IMG/VR virus record: IMGVR_UViG_3300023077_000001
Coordinates: 1-51,215 of that record
DNA from: a virus
Taxonomy: Duplodnaviria > Caudoviricetes
Reading direction: 5' to 3' (one strand)
Length of the DNA: 51,215 nt
Under the pieces are notes generated by a model. It was not told where the DNA came from and made no database searches. It was given only the letters and a program-made list of their open reading frames with translations. Shown one piece after another: positions 17,692 to 26,675 of the stretch (position 1 is its first letter; each line of letters opens with the position of its first letter). The position numbers and the translations under genes were made by a program.

Positions 17692-18364
17692 TGGCGTATC
17701 CAAAATTTGTGGCTTCGCGCCGATTATACATTCTTTCGTCATGCCCCCATTGGTCCTGTTGATTGTTAAACTGCTCATCGCGGGGCAAATGACCATAAGC
17801 CGGGTTGAGGTGGTTGACAAGTTGAATGCCCATATAATAATATTTGCCTCTAATTTCTGCGACTCTTTTACTTTCGTTATCACAAAAGAGGCTCCAGTAA
17901 ATAGGATTATATATGAACAGATCGCGCTCGAAGTATTTTCTTCCAGCTATATATAAGACAGGAATGATATGTTTGGCGTCCTGATCGGGGTAGTGTAGAA
18001 GGGCGTCAAAATCCGGCGCTACACACCGGAAGCCCTCTCGAATTATTTCATCAAATCCATGAATAATGAATCGCATGTCGTCACTGATGGCTACAACGAT
18101 ATCCCAGTCCTGGATATCTTCCATGTCGCGATTGAAAGCGTCAATCTTTGATTTTGACTTTCCAAACATCGCTACGGTGTTCTCATACCCGGAAAGCTGC
18201 TTTATGACCTCCGCATTATACATTGTGGTATCATCAATATCAAGCGTACAAACAACCTTATGATGGTCTTTGTCGGCCACCATAGCATGTATGTTGTCCA
18301 GCGTTTCAAAAAACCGAGCCGGCCGGGAACGCGATGGGAATTTGAAAAGTATTTTTGGCTTCAT
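17660..18364 (-). CDS. GT-A (GT2-like) glycosyltransferase
   Basis: ILFKFPSRSRP, TLDIDD, VAISDDM, FCDNE; start moved to ATG 18364. Confidence 0.75.
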   Translation of the reverse strand: MKPKILFKFPSRSRPARFFETLDNIHAMVADKDHHKVVCTLDIDDTTMYNAEVIKQLSGYENTVAMFGKSKSKIDAFNRDMEDIQDWDIVVAISDDMRFIIHGFDEIIREGFRCVAPDFDALLHYPDQDAKHIIPVLYIAGRKYFERDLFIYNPIYWSLFCDNESKRVAEIRGKYYYMGIQLVNHLNPAYGHLPRDEQFNNQQDQWGHDERMYNRREATNFGYANATFNFNSNG

Positions 18365-18365
18365 G

Positions 18366-18575
18366 TCAAAATGGAGATTCTTGCTTGATACCATATGTCT
18401 GGTTGTACCAGACCTTTACTTGGTCGGAAGTGAAATGTCGTACTTGTCCGTTTGCTGCTAAAACAACGGTAAACTCGTCGTTTTCAAAAATGCCATTGCT
18501 GGTTATGTACCAGATGTAGCCCTCGCCTATGGGCGTTATACAGGGCACCGGGTTTTGACATTCATGTATGATCAT
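18366..18575 (-). CDS. Hypothetical phage protein
   Basis: 69-aa ORF tightly packed between GroES and the first GT. Confidence 0.7.
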   Translation of the reverse strand: MIIHECQNPVPCITPIGEGYIWYITSNGIFENDEFTVVLAANGQVRHFTSDQVKVWYNQTYGIKQESPF

Positions 18576-18880
18576 CAGAAGTTTGCTTTGATTGGGATGT
18601 CATCATAAACAGCGATAACATCTCCGGGATGATCTTTTATTGGGCCGTTCAAAAACTTATAAGTCTCGCCATCAATCAGCACCTGTACCCCAACGGTAGC
18701 AGGATACAGGATTTTTTCGCCTGCCTTCAAGTGAAGTACTTCAGGCGAAACCATGATAATAGTACCCTCCTCAAGGTCGCGATTGACAACGACCGGGATA
18801 ATCAATCCGTTCTGGGTGCGCTCTTGCTTTTTTTCCGGGGCGACTAAAATTTTACTGCCAAGCGGTTTAAGTTTTACCAT
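18575..18880 (-). CDS. groES: Co-chaperonin GroES homolog
   Basis: LKPLGSKILV, RTQNGLIIP mobile loop, LKAGEKILY, GVQVLIDGETY. Confidence 0.85.
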   Translation of the reverse strand: MVKLKPLGSKILVAPEKKQERTQNGLIIPVVVNRDLEEGTIIMVSPEVLHLKAGEKILYPATVGVQVLIDGETYKFLNGPIKDHPGDVIAVYDDIPIKANF

Positions 18881-19098
18881 TTCACTTTTTTGTCAGGGTT
18901 GATTATGTTCGCCAAGCTGAGCATAACTCCGGTGAGCAAAATAGAAATTGCGACCCAACTTAGCAGGCTTAGCACAACGACGATTAATTTTTCGAACACA
19001 ACCCATTGCGGCTCCTCATTCCTGTCAAAAACTACGCTTCGGCATATATAGTAACAGGCTATATAACCAATAAGATATAAAATGATGAAGTAGATCAT
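18874..19098 (-). CDS. Small membrane protein
   Basis: Two hydrophobic segments. Confidence 0.65.
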   Translation of the reverse strand: MIYFIILYLIGYIACYYICRSVVFDRNEEPQWVVFEKLIVVVLSLLSWVAISILLTGVMLSLANIINPDKKVKW

Positions 19099-19111
19099 AG
19101 CTGAGCGGGTG

Positions 19112-19172
19112 TGTACATAAAGTCTAATTAATTCTTTTAATTAAACAAAAAATTTTTTAGACTTTATGTACA
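19112..19172. repeat. Perfect 16-bp inverted repeat at the transcription divergence point
   Basis: TGTACATAAAGTCTAA (19112-19127) and TTAGACTTTATGTACA (19157-19172). Confidence 0.9.
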
Positions 19173-19174
19173 GT

Positions 19175-19816
19175 ATGCAAGCGCCAGTAAACACACTTAT
19201 CGTTTCAATCGATAAAAAATTATACGACTCAGTTACATTTGAGTCTGGGCAAACCATTTTTTTCGACCCTTCATGGCACCCGGAGGAGTATGCGATGTTA
19301 CGCGCAAAGGTAGTCTCAGTTCCTCGCGGTGTGATTGATCGGCATGATTATCATGGCGCCGTCGTTACGATGAAGCCGGGTGACGATATTCTAATGCGTT
19401 ATGATGTAGTGTTTGGCTATAAAGACCAGCCAGAGAATGATTCGCCCATCTACAAAAACCTCGTCCTTCAATACAATGACGAGAAAGGTCGCTATGAAGA
19501 ACTGTGGCGATGTGACATTTTACAGGTGTTCGCCATCATCGGCGAACAAGGGCTAACGATGGTCAACAATTATGTTCAACTGGATTTAATTCAGGAAAAC
19601 GAGGGCGATTTTTCGGCACTCATAATTCGTCCTGACAACTATAAGCAAGTCGACTCCAGGCAACTTGCGCGGGTGCGTTTCGCTAACTCTGCAATGGTTG
19701 ACTTGTGTTCCGGCGATGTAGTGTACATCAATCCCCAGACCGTTATGTGCTATCAGATAAATCTTGATAAATTCTATGTAATCAAGGCACATCACATCTT
19801 GGCGAAAGTCACTTAA
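19175..19816 (+). CDS. Tandem GroES-like domain protein
   Basis: APVNTLIV..ESGQTI..AKVVSVP..MKPGDDIL, then NNYVQL..LIIRP..SGDVVY..IKAHHILA; start 19166 or 19175. Confidence 0.6.
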   Translation: MQAPVNTLIVSIDKKLYDSVTFESGQTIFFDPSWHPEEYAMLRAKVVSVPRGVIDRHDYHGAVVTMKPGDDILMRYDVVFGYKDQPENDSPIYKNLVLQYNDEKGRYEELWRCDILQVFAIIGEQGLTMVNNYVQLDLIQENEGDFSALIIRPDNYKQVDSRQLARVRFANSAMVDLCSGDVVYINPQTVMCYQINLDKFYVIKAHHILAKVT

Positions 19817-19818
19817 TA

Positions 19819-19870
19819 AACCTGCGCTGTTTTTTGCGCTCATTGTAGTGATTGCCCATAGATTAGGTGT
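19819..19870 (+). promoter_or_regulatory. Phage bipartite (probably late) promoter-like motif
   Basis: AACCTGCGCTGTTTTTTG-N22-TAGATTAGGTGT upstream of tail genes. Confidence 0.8.
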
Positions 19871-19894
19871 TTATCAACACAACCGCGCAAAGCG

Positions 19895-20566
19895 ATGTCA
19901 CTGGATGAAGTTTATTCCCGCTTACTGTTTCTAATAAACAAAGCTCAAGGCGGCTGGTATTCGCCGGAGGAGCTCGACGACATTGTCGACTCCGCGCAGA
20001 TGACTTTGTTTAATCGGTATTATATCGAATATGCGACGTCCCAGCGTCTGATTGATGCGTTGGGGCCATTCAAGACCCAAGTTAGCGGAACGACCGGGAG
20101 CAACGGTCTGATCTCTATCGGCTCACAGTACATGGACCTCCTTGCATTATATACTCTTGTGCAGGACCCCGACAACGTGACGAGGGCCAAGCCGGTGCCT
20201 ATCATTAAGGAGGATGAACTGGCATTTCGACTTAGCTCTCAAATTTCGCCGCCCACAATCTCGGCGCCAGTGGCCCGTCTGCTTGCTGGTAATATTATTC
20301 AACTGTACCCGCAGGTTGCACATACGCACATCACGATGTATTTACGCCGCCCCGCCGCTCCGCATTTTGGGTATACTCTTGTAAGTGGAAGGGTAATAGT
20401 GTATGACCCTTTGACCTCTACGCAACTTGAGTGGTCGGACAAAGATATTAAGTCGATTATACTCATTGCCCTTGAGGAACTGGGATTGAATCTTAGTGAA
20501 GCCGAGACAGTGCAGTGGGCCGCATCAAAGGACGCGCAAAACTTCAATTCTAACATGAAAGAGTAA
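19895..20566 (+). CDS. Tail ring/tubular protein (crAss-like)
   Basis: LINKAQGGWYSPEE..AQ and YLRRP..P motifs; head of tail module. Confidence 0.7.
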   Translation: MSLDEVYSRLLFLINKAQGGWYSPEELDDIVDSAQMTLFNRYYIEYATSQRLIDALGPFKTQVSGTTGSNGLISIGSQYMDLLALYTLVQDPDNVTRAKPVPIIKEDELAFRLSSQISPPTISAPVARLLAGNIIQLYPQVAHTHITMYLRRPAAPHFGYTLVSGRVIVYDPLTSTQLEWSDKDIKSIILIALEELGLNLSEAETVQWAASKDAQNFNSNMKE

Positions 20567-21231
20567 TGGCAACAACCAAATACAGATTGGCGGAGCAGGT
20601 GCTTCGCTTACTTAATGGCGGTGAAATTCCCGTGGCGACAAAGGTATTGATCCCGGAAGCCATACTCGCCATTGAGCAGTGCGTCAACAAGATGTTGAAA
20701 ATGGAGTATCTCAACGCGAACGTTCCGTTTGGCGAACTCATTCCGAACGGCGCCAGTGTTGCAACGTATGAAAACATCGAGGTGGTCCAGTATGGGTCGC
20801 GCAGTAAGTCGACGTTGCCGGCAATGCCGCTAAAACTGCCGCGCGGCATCGGTGTGTATCAAATATTCGACCCCGCCAACATGGATTGCCCGTTCATTCC
20901 CTTGGAGATGGGTCAACAGGGATTGCTTTCCTCGCAGCCGATGATCAACGAAATTCTTGGCCAGGTTGGTTATGAATGGTATGGCATGGATGTGATTTAT
21001 ACGACTGATCTTACTCAGCCAACGCCGATAGAAGTTACGATGCGGTTGATAGTGCTTGATGTGTCTCAATACACGGATCACGACATTCTGCCTGTGCCGG
21101 CAGATATGGAGTATGATATTATACAGGAAGTGTACAAGCTGTTTGCAACGGAAGCTGTCGCCGATAAACTGGTTGATAGCAGCCAAAACGAAGAGCGAAA
21201 TGTGCCGCTGCCGCAACAACAACAGCCATGA
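20566..21231 (+). CDS. Putative tail ring/structural protein
   Basis: Size and position between ring protein and muzzle; coupled translation. Confidence 0.55.
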   Translation: MATTKYRLAEQVLRLLNGGEIPVATKVLIPEAILAIEQCVNKMLKMEYLNANVPFGELIPNGASVATYENIEVVQYGSRSKSTLPAMPLKLPRGIGVYQIFDPANMDCPFIPLEMGQQGLLSSQPMINEILGQVGYEWYGMDVIYTTDLTQPTPIEVTMRLIVLDVSQYTDHDILPVPADMEYDIIQEVYKLFATEAVADKLVDSSQNEERNVPLPQQQQP

Positions 21232-21974
21232 GGTATACAACATTAGATAAAATTATTCGCCGAACTCTGCTCGCAAAGAGGTTGCCACTCCATTTCTATG
21301 TAGAATTTATGGTGCACGCCTCGTCATGTCTGCGGGAATTGAATTTCGATAGCCTTCGGGTAGTAAATACCGTTGTATTGGATGTGAATGATTATTATGC
21401 CGTTGATCTTCCGTGTGACTATGTGGACTGGACGAAGGTAGGAATAAAAGCAGGACAGTTTGTTCAGCCGATCACACAGCGAGATAGCATTAACCGCTTA
21501 CATAATTATGACTCGACCGGGTCGATAACGCCCTATGGCGCGCCAGATACTGTGAATTTGCAGTTTCCGTTCTGGCCTGGGTATTGGATGTTTCAAAACA
21601 TCGATGACCTGGGCGAAAACCTCGGGCGCCTATACGGGTTCAATACTGCATATGGAAACAACGGATTTAAGATACTCCCCGAACGAAATCAAATTCAGTT
21701 AACTGAAACTTTCAACAACTGCTCGGTAGTGTTGGAATACATCTCAGATGGCCAAACCACAGATAACGCAACGCAGGTGGATGAATATGCGCAAAGCACA
21801 ATCGAGGCCTATATAAATTGGAAGCGAAGCCCAAATGCCGATATCGATAGGTCTCCTGAAGCAATCAGTTATGTAAATCAGCGCCGGCTGTTTCGTGCAA
21901 GAATGAGCGAGGTTACTGTATATGATATACGGCAAGTATTGTATAGGAACTACCGGGCAAGTATAAAGAACTAA
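21228..21974 (+). CDS. Putative tail ring/structural protein
   Basis: LPCDYVDWTKV, VVLEYISDG, AYINWK pattern. Confidence 0.6.
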   Translation: MRYTTLDKIIRRTLLAKRLPLHFYVEFMVHASSCLRELNFDSLRVVNTVVLDVNDYYAVDLPCDYVDWTKVGIKAGQFVQPITQRDSINRLHNYDSTGSITPYGAPDTVNLQFPFWPGYWMFQNIDDLGENLGRLYGFNTAYGNNGFKILPERNQIQLTETFNNCSVVLEYISDGQTTDNATQVDEYAQSTIEAYINWKRSPNADIDRSPEAISYVNQRRLFRARMSEVTVYDIRQVLYRNYRASIKN

Positions 21975-22080
21975 AAAATAGGCCCCAATGAAGAGTCAAA
22001 GGGGCGTAGTAGAAAGTATCAAAAAATATTAGATATAGTTTAATCTTCCTACGTCATGAACGGCGAATATAAAGTAAAGT

Positions 22081-25000
22081 ATGGAATACGAAAAGAAATA
22101 TTTTGGTAACGGACAGGGGAATTTTGACGACGCCGACTTTGCATTACAGCCAAACCAATGGGTGAATATGCAAAATCTGCGAATTGGCTCCACTGACAAA
22201 GGAGTGGTAGGCACAGTGGAATCTATCGCCGGCACTGTACTGGTATCAAGTCCTGAGCCTTCTGTAACGTTTGTGACCATTGGTAGCATTGAAGACGAAG
22301 AAAATAACCGAATTATTTTTTTCAACAAAAACCTTCACGGCCCATGGGATAAAATAGTATGCTATGATATTGCGACAGAAACTTTTTATAACGTCTTGTT
22401 ATCGAGCCAGGTGGATGGGTTCTTAAACTTCAATAAAGATACGCTAATACATTCAGCGCGCATTGTCAACAATATGTTGTACTGGGTAGAAGGGACAACT
22501 AATCAACCGCGCAAAATTAATATCGATGCTGGCATTAAGCTTAACCACCCTGGTTATCCCACCAATGTTACCGCTTATGTAGCCCCGATAGATTGGCGGG
22601 AGATTACCTTGGTCAAGCCGCCCCCTCCCTTGGCACCAAATATTGAAAAGCAAACCGATGGCAGCTTTGATAACAATTTCATTGCCAATGAAAGTTTTTC
22701 TTTTGCCTTTCAATATGTGTTTTACGACAATGAAGTTTCCGTCGTCGGTACCTACAGCCCAGCATCGCGACTGAATCAAGTGAACGACACGTACAACATG
22801 ATCGAGGTAACAATGGACAGCGCCGAGCGTGTGCCCCAAACCGTTCGGATTGTAAACTTAGTAGTACGCATCGGCAACAATGCTTTTGTTATCAAAACTT
22901 GGGATAAAGATATAGCGGCCGAGGCGGCACAGATTCAAGATCAAAACGATAACATTAACTCGTTAACCTATGACTTTTTCAATAACATAACAGGTCAGGC
23001 CCTAAGCCAAGATGAAGTGTTAAAGCCGTTTGATTCTGTGCCGATATATTCGGGAACACTCGAAGTTGCAAAAAATAGGCTGTTCCTGGGTAATAACACT
23101 GAAGGATACGACGCGCCAACTACCTCATCGCTAAACTTTAATCTGACCGAAATCGATATCGCCGGTGGGTCAGTCAGCAAAAACCTTATATCGTTTCAAA
23201 TTCGCTATTTGTTTCCCACGTCGCGTGCGTATTCAGGCTGGTACGTCTACTTGACGGAAGTGGTGCCTGCGGGGTATTATTCGCTTGACTCAACCGAACA
23301 AACGTGCATGCCGTGCATTGTGCCACCAACTTTGCCGCCTCCGCCTACAACAATCGCTTTTTCAGACTTGACATTTCGAGGCGCTACAACTGATGACGTA
23401 GTAGCCTATGTAAAGGCACTCGTGGGCGGCACTGGCGGAGACACAGTAACTATCACCACAACGGCCAATATGTGCGAAATCACTGGTTTGGGCGTGGATA
23501 CATACAATGTTTTTAAATCCTTTTCACAATATAACATCGGGATTGTATTTTATGATTTTGCTATGCGTAAATGTTCCGTTGTATTAAGCTCCAATAACCT
23601 TGTCTCAATACCACAGCGGGAATTTGAACTAAGCACGGGAATTGGGTCCATCAACTGGACGCTTAGCAACACAAATGCGATCAATCAAATACCATCATGG
23701 GCTTACTATTACACCATAGTGCGGACGCTAAACTTAAGAACACGCTTCTTTCTTCAGGCTGTTGAGGAGGATGCGGAGGCAAAGTATGCGACGAAGGACG
23801 ACGAGGGTGTTTATGTCTTCACAGATGACACTTTTGTAACTGGGGCCGTCGGCATCGGCATCAACACAACATCGCTTGTTCAGGCTGGGTTGGGCTACGT
23901 ATTTACGGAAGGGGACGTAATGCGATTAATCAAAGAAGACAACACTGACTACACGCTATCCGTGATTGGCCAAAGTGGCAAGTACATAATAGTCAACGTG
24001 CCAGAAGGAGGCATCGGGGACTTGAGTACATTCAAAATTCTCTACGAAGTATATACGCCTTATCAAACAAGTGAGCAAGAGCCATATTATGAGATGGGCA
24101 ACATGTATCGTGTCGTTGATCCAACAACAAATGCGCGCCGTTATGAGACGCTGGCCGGTTCGCTGTTGCCTGATGCGTATGCGTTAACAAGAAACTACGG
24201 CACGATAACTTACTTCGCGGAGACGATGTCCCCAAATGATAGGTTTTTCAGTCGATGGGATACTGATGCGGGCAAGGTCAACCTTATTGTGAAGCAAGGA
24301 CAGCGGGTAAAAGAATCCAGTATATCCTTTAGCAACGTCTTTCTTCCCGGTACTGCTACCAATGGGCTTTCTACTTTTGAAGCACTTAATGAAAAGCCCG
24401 TTCCCGCAGAATGTGGCCCTTTGCAAAAATTAATTCTTACCTCCAAGGTTCAGGACCAAGGGGATGTAATGCTTGCCATTTGCACCAAGGAAACAAACTC
24501 TGTGTATTTGGGCGAGACACAAATTTTGGACAGCACGGGCACCACGCAATTCTTTGCTGCGTCCAGCGGCGTAATCGGCTCGATTAATACGCTCAAAGGG
24601 TCATTTGGCACCCTCAACCCTGAAAGTGTTGTGGAATTTCGGGGCAATGTTTATTGGGTAGACATATTAAACGGCAAAGTAGTTCAATATTCGTTAAACG
24701 GCCTGTTTCCGATATCCAATTACAAAATGACACGGTTCTGGAGTTTGTTTTGCCAACAATACCTCTCGATGTCGCAAGTTCAGATTGAAGCGCTTGGGTC
24801 AAGACCGTTCATATTTTGTACTGTTGATCCGCATCACTGGGAGTTGCTCATTTCAGTGCCCAGAGTTTTATCGACGCCGCCGAGCGGCACGCTGCCGGAC
24901 TATACTAATATTGTATACCCATTTGATATTTGGGATGGACAAGCAAAAACCATTGTATATAAACTAAACATTGAACCCAACTTTTGGCAAGGGTCTTACA

Positions 25001-25479
25001 GTTTCACGGCAGAAAACTTTGTTACTGTCCAAAATCAGCTCTACTCGTTCAAACGAGGTCTGTTATGGCTTCACAACCAAACGACATACTACGGAGATTT
25101 GCATGGTTCGTTAGTGGACGCCCGCATTATGTTTATCAGCAACCAGGTGCCTAGTAGGCCGAAGGTGTACCGAAACATGTCCGTAGAAGTAAACCGCCTG
25201 CCAAACCTGACCTATTTCCTAAGCCAATACCCATACCAACAGGTAAGCAACTTGCAGGACTTCGATTGGGAAAGCAAGGAAGGGATACTATATAGTCAAA
25301 TATACCGAAACGTTTTAACTCCTTCCGCCACGGGGCTTGTTCCCAATGCATTAGTTGTTGGGGAGGTTATGAGAACAGCCGCCTTGCGCGTCATGCTCTC
25401 GTGGCCTGCTGCGGCAACGCCGGTGGAGCTACGGTTTGTAAACATCGGATATGTAATATCGTTAGGACACAAAACTTAA
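22081..25479 (+). CDS. Tail stabilization (muzzle/nozzle) protein
   Basis: 1132 aa beta-rich; LYWVE..NQPRKINID, NRLFLGN, FGTLNPESV, KEG motifs. Confidence 0.75.
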   Translation: MEYEKKYFGNGQGNFDDADFALQPNQWVNMQNLRIGSTDKGVVGTVESIAGTVLVSSPEPSVTFVTIGSIEDEENNRIIFFNKNLHGPWDKIVCYDIATETFYNVLLSSQVDGFLNFNKDTLIHSARIVNNMLYWVEGTTNQPRKINIDAGIKLNHPGYPTNVTAYVAPIDWREITLVKPPPPLAPNIEKQTDGSFDNNFIANESFSFAFQYVFYDNEVSVVGTYSPASRLNQVNDTYNMIEVTMDSAERVPQTVRIVNLVVRIGNNAFVIKTWDKDIAAEAAQIQDQNDNINSLTYDFFNNITGQALSQDEVLKPFDSVPIYSGTLEVAKNRLFLGNNTEGYDAPTTSSLNFNLTEIDIAGGSVSKNLISFQIRYLFPTSRAYSGWYVYLTEVVPAGYYSLDSTEQTCMPCIVPPTLPPPPTTIAFSDLTFRGATTDDVVAYVKALVGGTGGDTVTITTTANMCEITGLGVDTYNVFKSFSQYNIGIVFYDFAMRKCSVVLSSNNLVSIPQREFELSTGIGSINWTLSNTNAINQIPSWAYYYTIVRTLNLRTRFFLQAVEEDAEAKYATKDDEGVYVFTDDTFVTGAVGIGINTTSLVQAGLGYVFTEGDVMRLIKEDNTDYTLSVIGQSGKYIIVNVPEGGIGDLSTFKILYEVYTPYQTSEQEPYYEMGNMYRVVDPTTNARRYETLAGSLLPDAYALTRNYGTITYFAETMSPNDRFFSRWDTDAGKVNLIVKQGQRVKESSISFSNVFLPGTATNGLSTFEALNEKPVPAECGPLQKLILTSKVQDQGDVMLAICTKETNSVYLGETQILDSTGTTQFFAASSGVIGSINTLKGSFGTLNPESVVEFRGNVYWVDILNGKVVQYSLNGLFPISNYKMTRFWSLFCQQYLSMSQVQIEALGSRPFIFCTVDPHHWELLISVPRVLSTPPSGTLPDYTNIVYPFDIWDGQAKTIVYKLNIEPNFWQGSYSFTAENFVTVQNQLYSFKRGLLWLHNQTTYYGDLHGSLVDARIMFISNQVPSRPKVYRNMSVEVNRLPNLTYFLSQYPYQQVSNLQDFDWESKEGILYSQIYRNVLTPSATGLVPNALVVGEVMRTAALRVMLSWPAAATPVELRFVNIGYVISLGHKT

Positions 25480-25483
25480 TATT

Positions 25484-26041
25484 ATGCCATCACCATTATT
25501 TGAAGGGCTTGGTCTGGCCTCAGGTTTTAGCGGTGACCCAGAGCCCGATGTTAAACCGTTTTTTGGGGCCGCGAGGGGCAAGTACGACCAAGTGGCTGAC
25601 CTGCGCGATGCTCTGGCCGGCTTGGTCGGCTCGGGTTCACGAACAATGAATGACGACATGCGTGCAAACTTTGCTCGAATTCAAGCAATGTATGGAAGGC
25701 CACTTGCCGAGAAATTACTAAATCACGTTTTCGTCTTTAATAGCCGGCCCGACATGGCTCGTTCTGGGGCAAAAGACAGGATTGATGCCTTCTATAGCAC
25801 TGGGTCGAAGGACAAAGAACTTCAGAATTTGTTTTTGCAGGCGAAGGCATTCGGGAAGGGGCCGCTTGCCGGCCTTAATGAGTCAAGCAATCAAGAAAGC
25901 CAAGTTTTAAGCGGCAGATTACTCGCCCCTCCTGCCAGAGCAGTACCTACTTGGGCAAAGAAGCAAATCGTCAAACTGAATAATTATGGACCCACTTTCA
26001 ATGATAGGACTCGGCACCGGCCTTATTGGCGGCATCGGTAG
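25484..26041 (+). CDS. Hypothetical virion-associated protein
   Basis: 185-aa ORF between muzzle and cargo genes. Confidence 0.55.
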   Translation: MPSPLFEGLGLASGFSGDPEPDVKPFFGAARGKYDQVADLRDALAGLVGSGSRTMNDDMRANFARIQAMYGRPLAEKLLNHVFVFNSRPDMARSGAKDRIDAFYSTGSKDKELQNLFLQAKAFGKGPLAGLNESSNQESQVLSGRLLAPPARAVPTWAKKQIVKLNNYGPTFNDRTRHRPYWRHR

Positions 26042-26675
26042 CTTATTTGGCGCTGGGCGCGCTAATCGTCGGCTGAAAAAGCTGATGAAAATGAACCCGG
26101 TCTACAAAGAAAATCCCCTTGCGCGTGAACAACTCGGTCTTGCTCAAACGTTGTTAAACGCTCGCATGCCGGGGGCGGCCTCAATGGAGCGAAATATATA
26201 TGGTAACCAAGCCAATACACTTGGCCAGGTAAACCGGAACGCTACAGATGCTTCTCAGGCGCTGGCGCTGGCGGCCGGTGTACAGGGACAGACCAACCAG
26301 GCCTTCAGCAATTTGGGCATTCAGGAGGCTCAGGATTACCAGCGTCGATACGGAAACCTGACCAACGCGCAGGGGGTAGTCATTAATGAAGGCGACAAAG
26401 TTCATCAAGATTCAGTGCGCAGGTTTCAGGACATGGCGCAGATACAGGGCGCTATGAATGCCAATACACAAGGCGCATGGAACAGCCTTTCGAATCTGGG
26501 GATAGGGATGGCAAATGTAGGCATGGCAGGTGGCTTCAATGGGCTGTTTAATAACAGGCAGCAACAAACGGCACTTGGTTCCTACGGGCTACAAGACTCA
26601 GACCTTCCGATTCGAAATTTCAGAATGCCGTTAGCACAAATTCCAGGTTCAAACTATACAGGTTATGGCAATTGA
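25986..26675 (+). CDS. Putative DNA ejection/pilot protein
   Basis: MDPLSMIGLGTGLIGGIGSLFG Gly-rich hydrophobic start; Gln/Asn/Ala-rich helical body. Confidence 0.65.
   Translation: MDPLSMIGLGTGLIGGIGSLFGAGRANRRLKKLMKMNPVYKENPLAREQLGLAQTLLNARMPGAASMERNIYGNQANTLGQVNRNATDASQALALAAGVQGQTNQAFSNLGIQEAQDYQRRYGNLTNAQGVVINEGDKVHQDSVRRFQDMAQIQGAMNANTQGAWNSLSNLGIGMANVGMAGGFNGLFNNRQQQTALGSYGLQDSDLPIRNFRMPLAQIPGSNYTGYGN

Noticed and set aside
13469-18364. Host capsule/O-antigen locus or complete DNA glycosylation pathway
   Set aside because: Embedded among phage genes with no wzx/wzy or sugar synthesis genes; no base hydroxylase in the window, so DNA targeting remains only an alternative
19112-19172. 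Invertible promoter (phase variation)
   Set aside because: Spacer is only 29 bp and the promoter-like boxes are the repeats themselves, so inversion would change little
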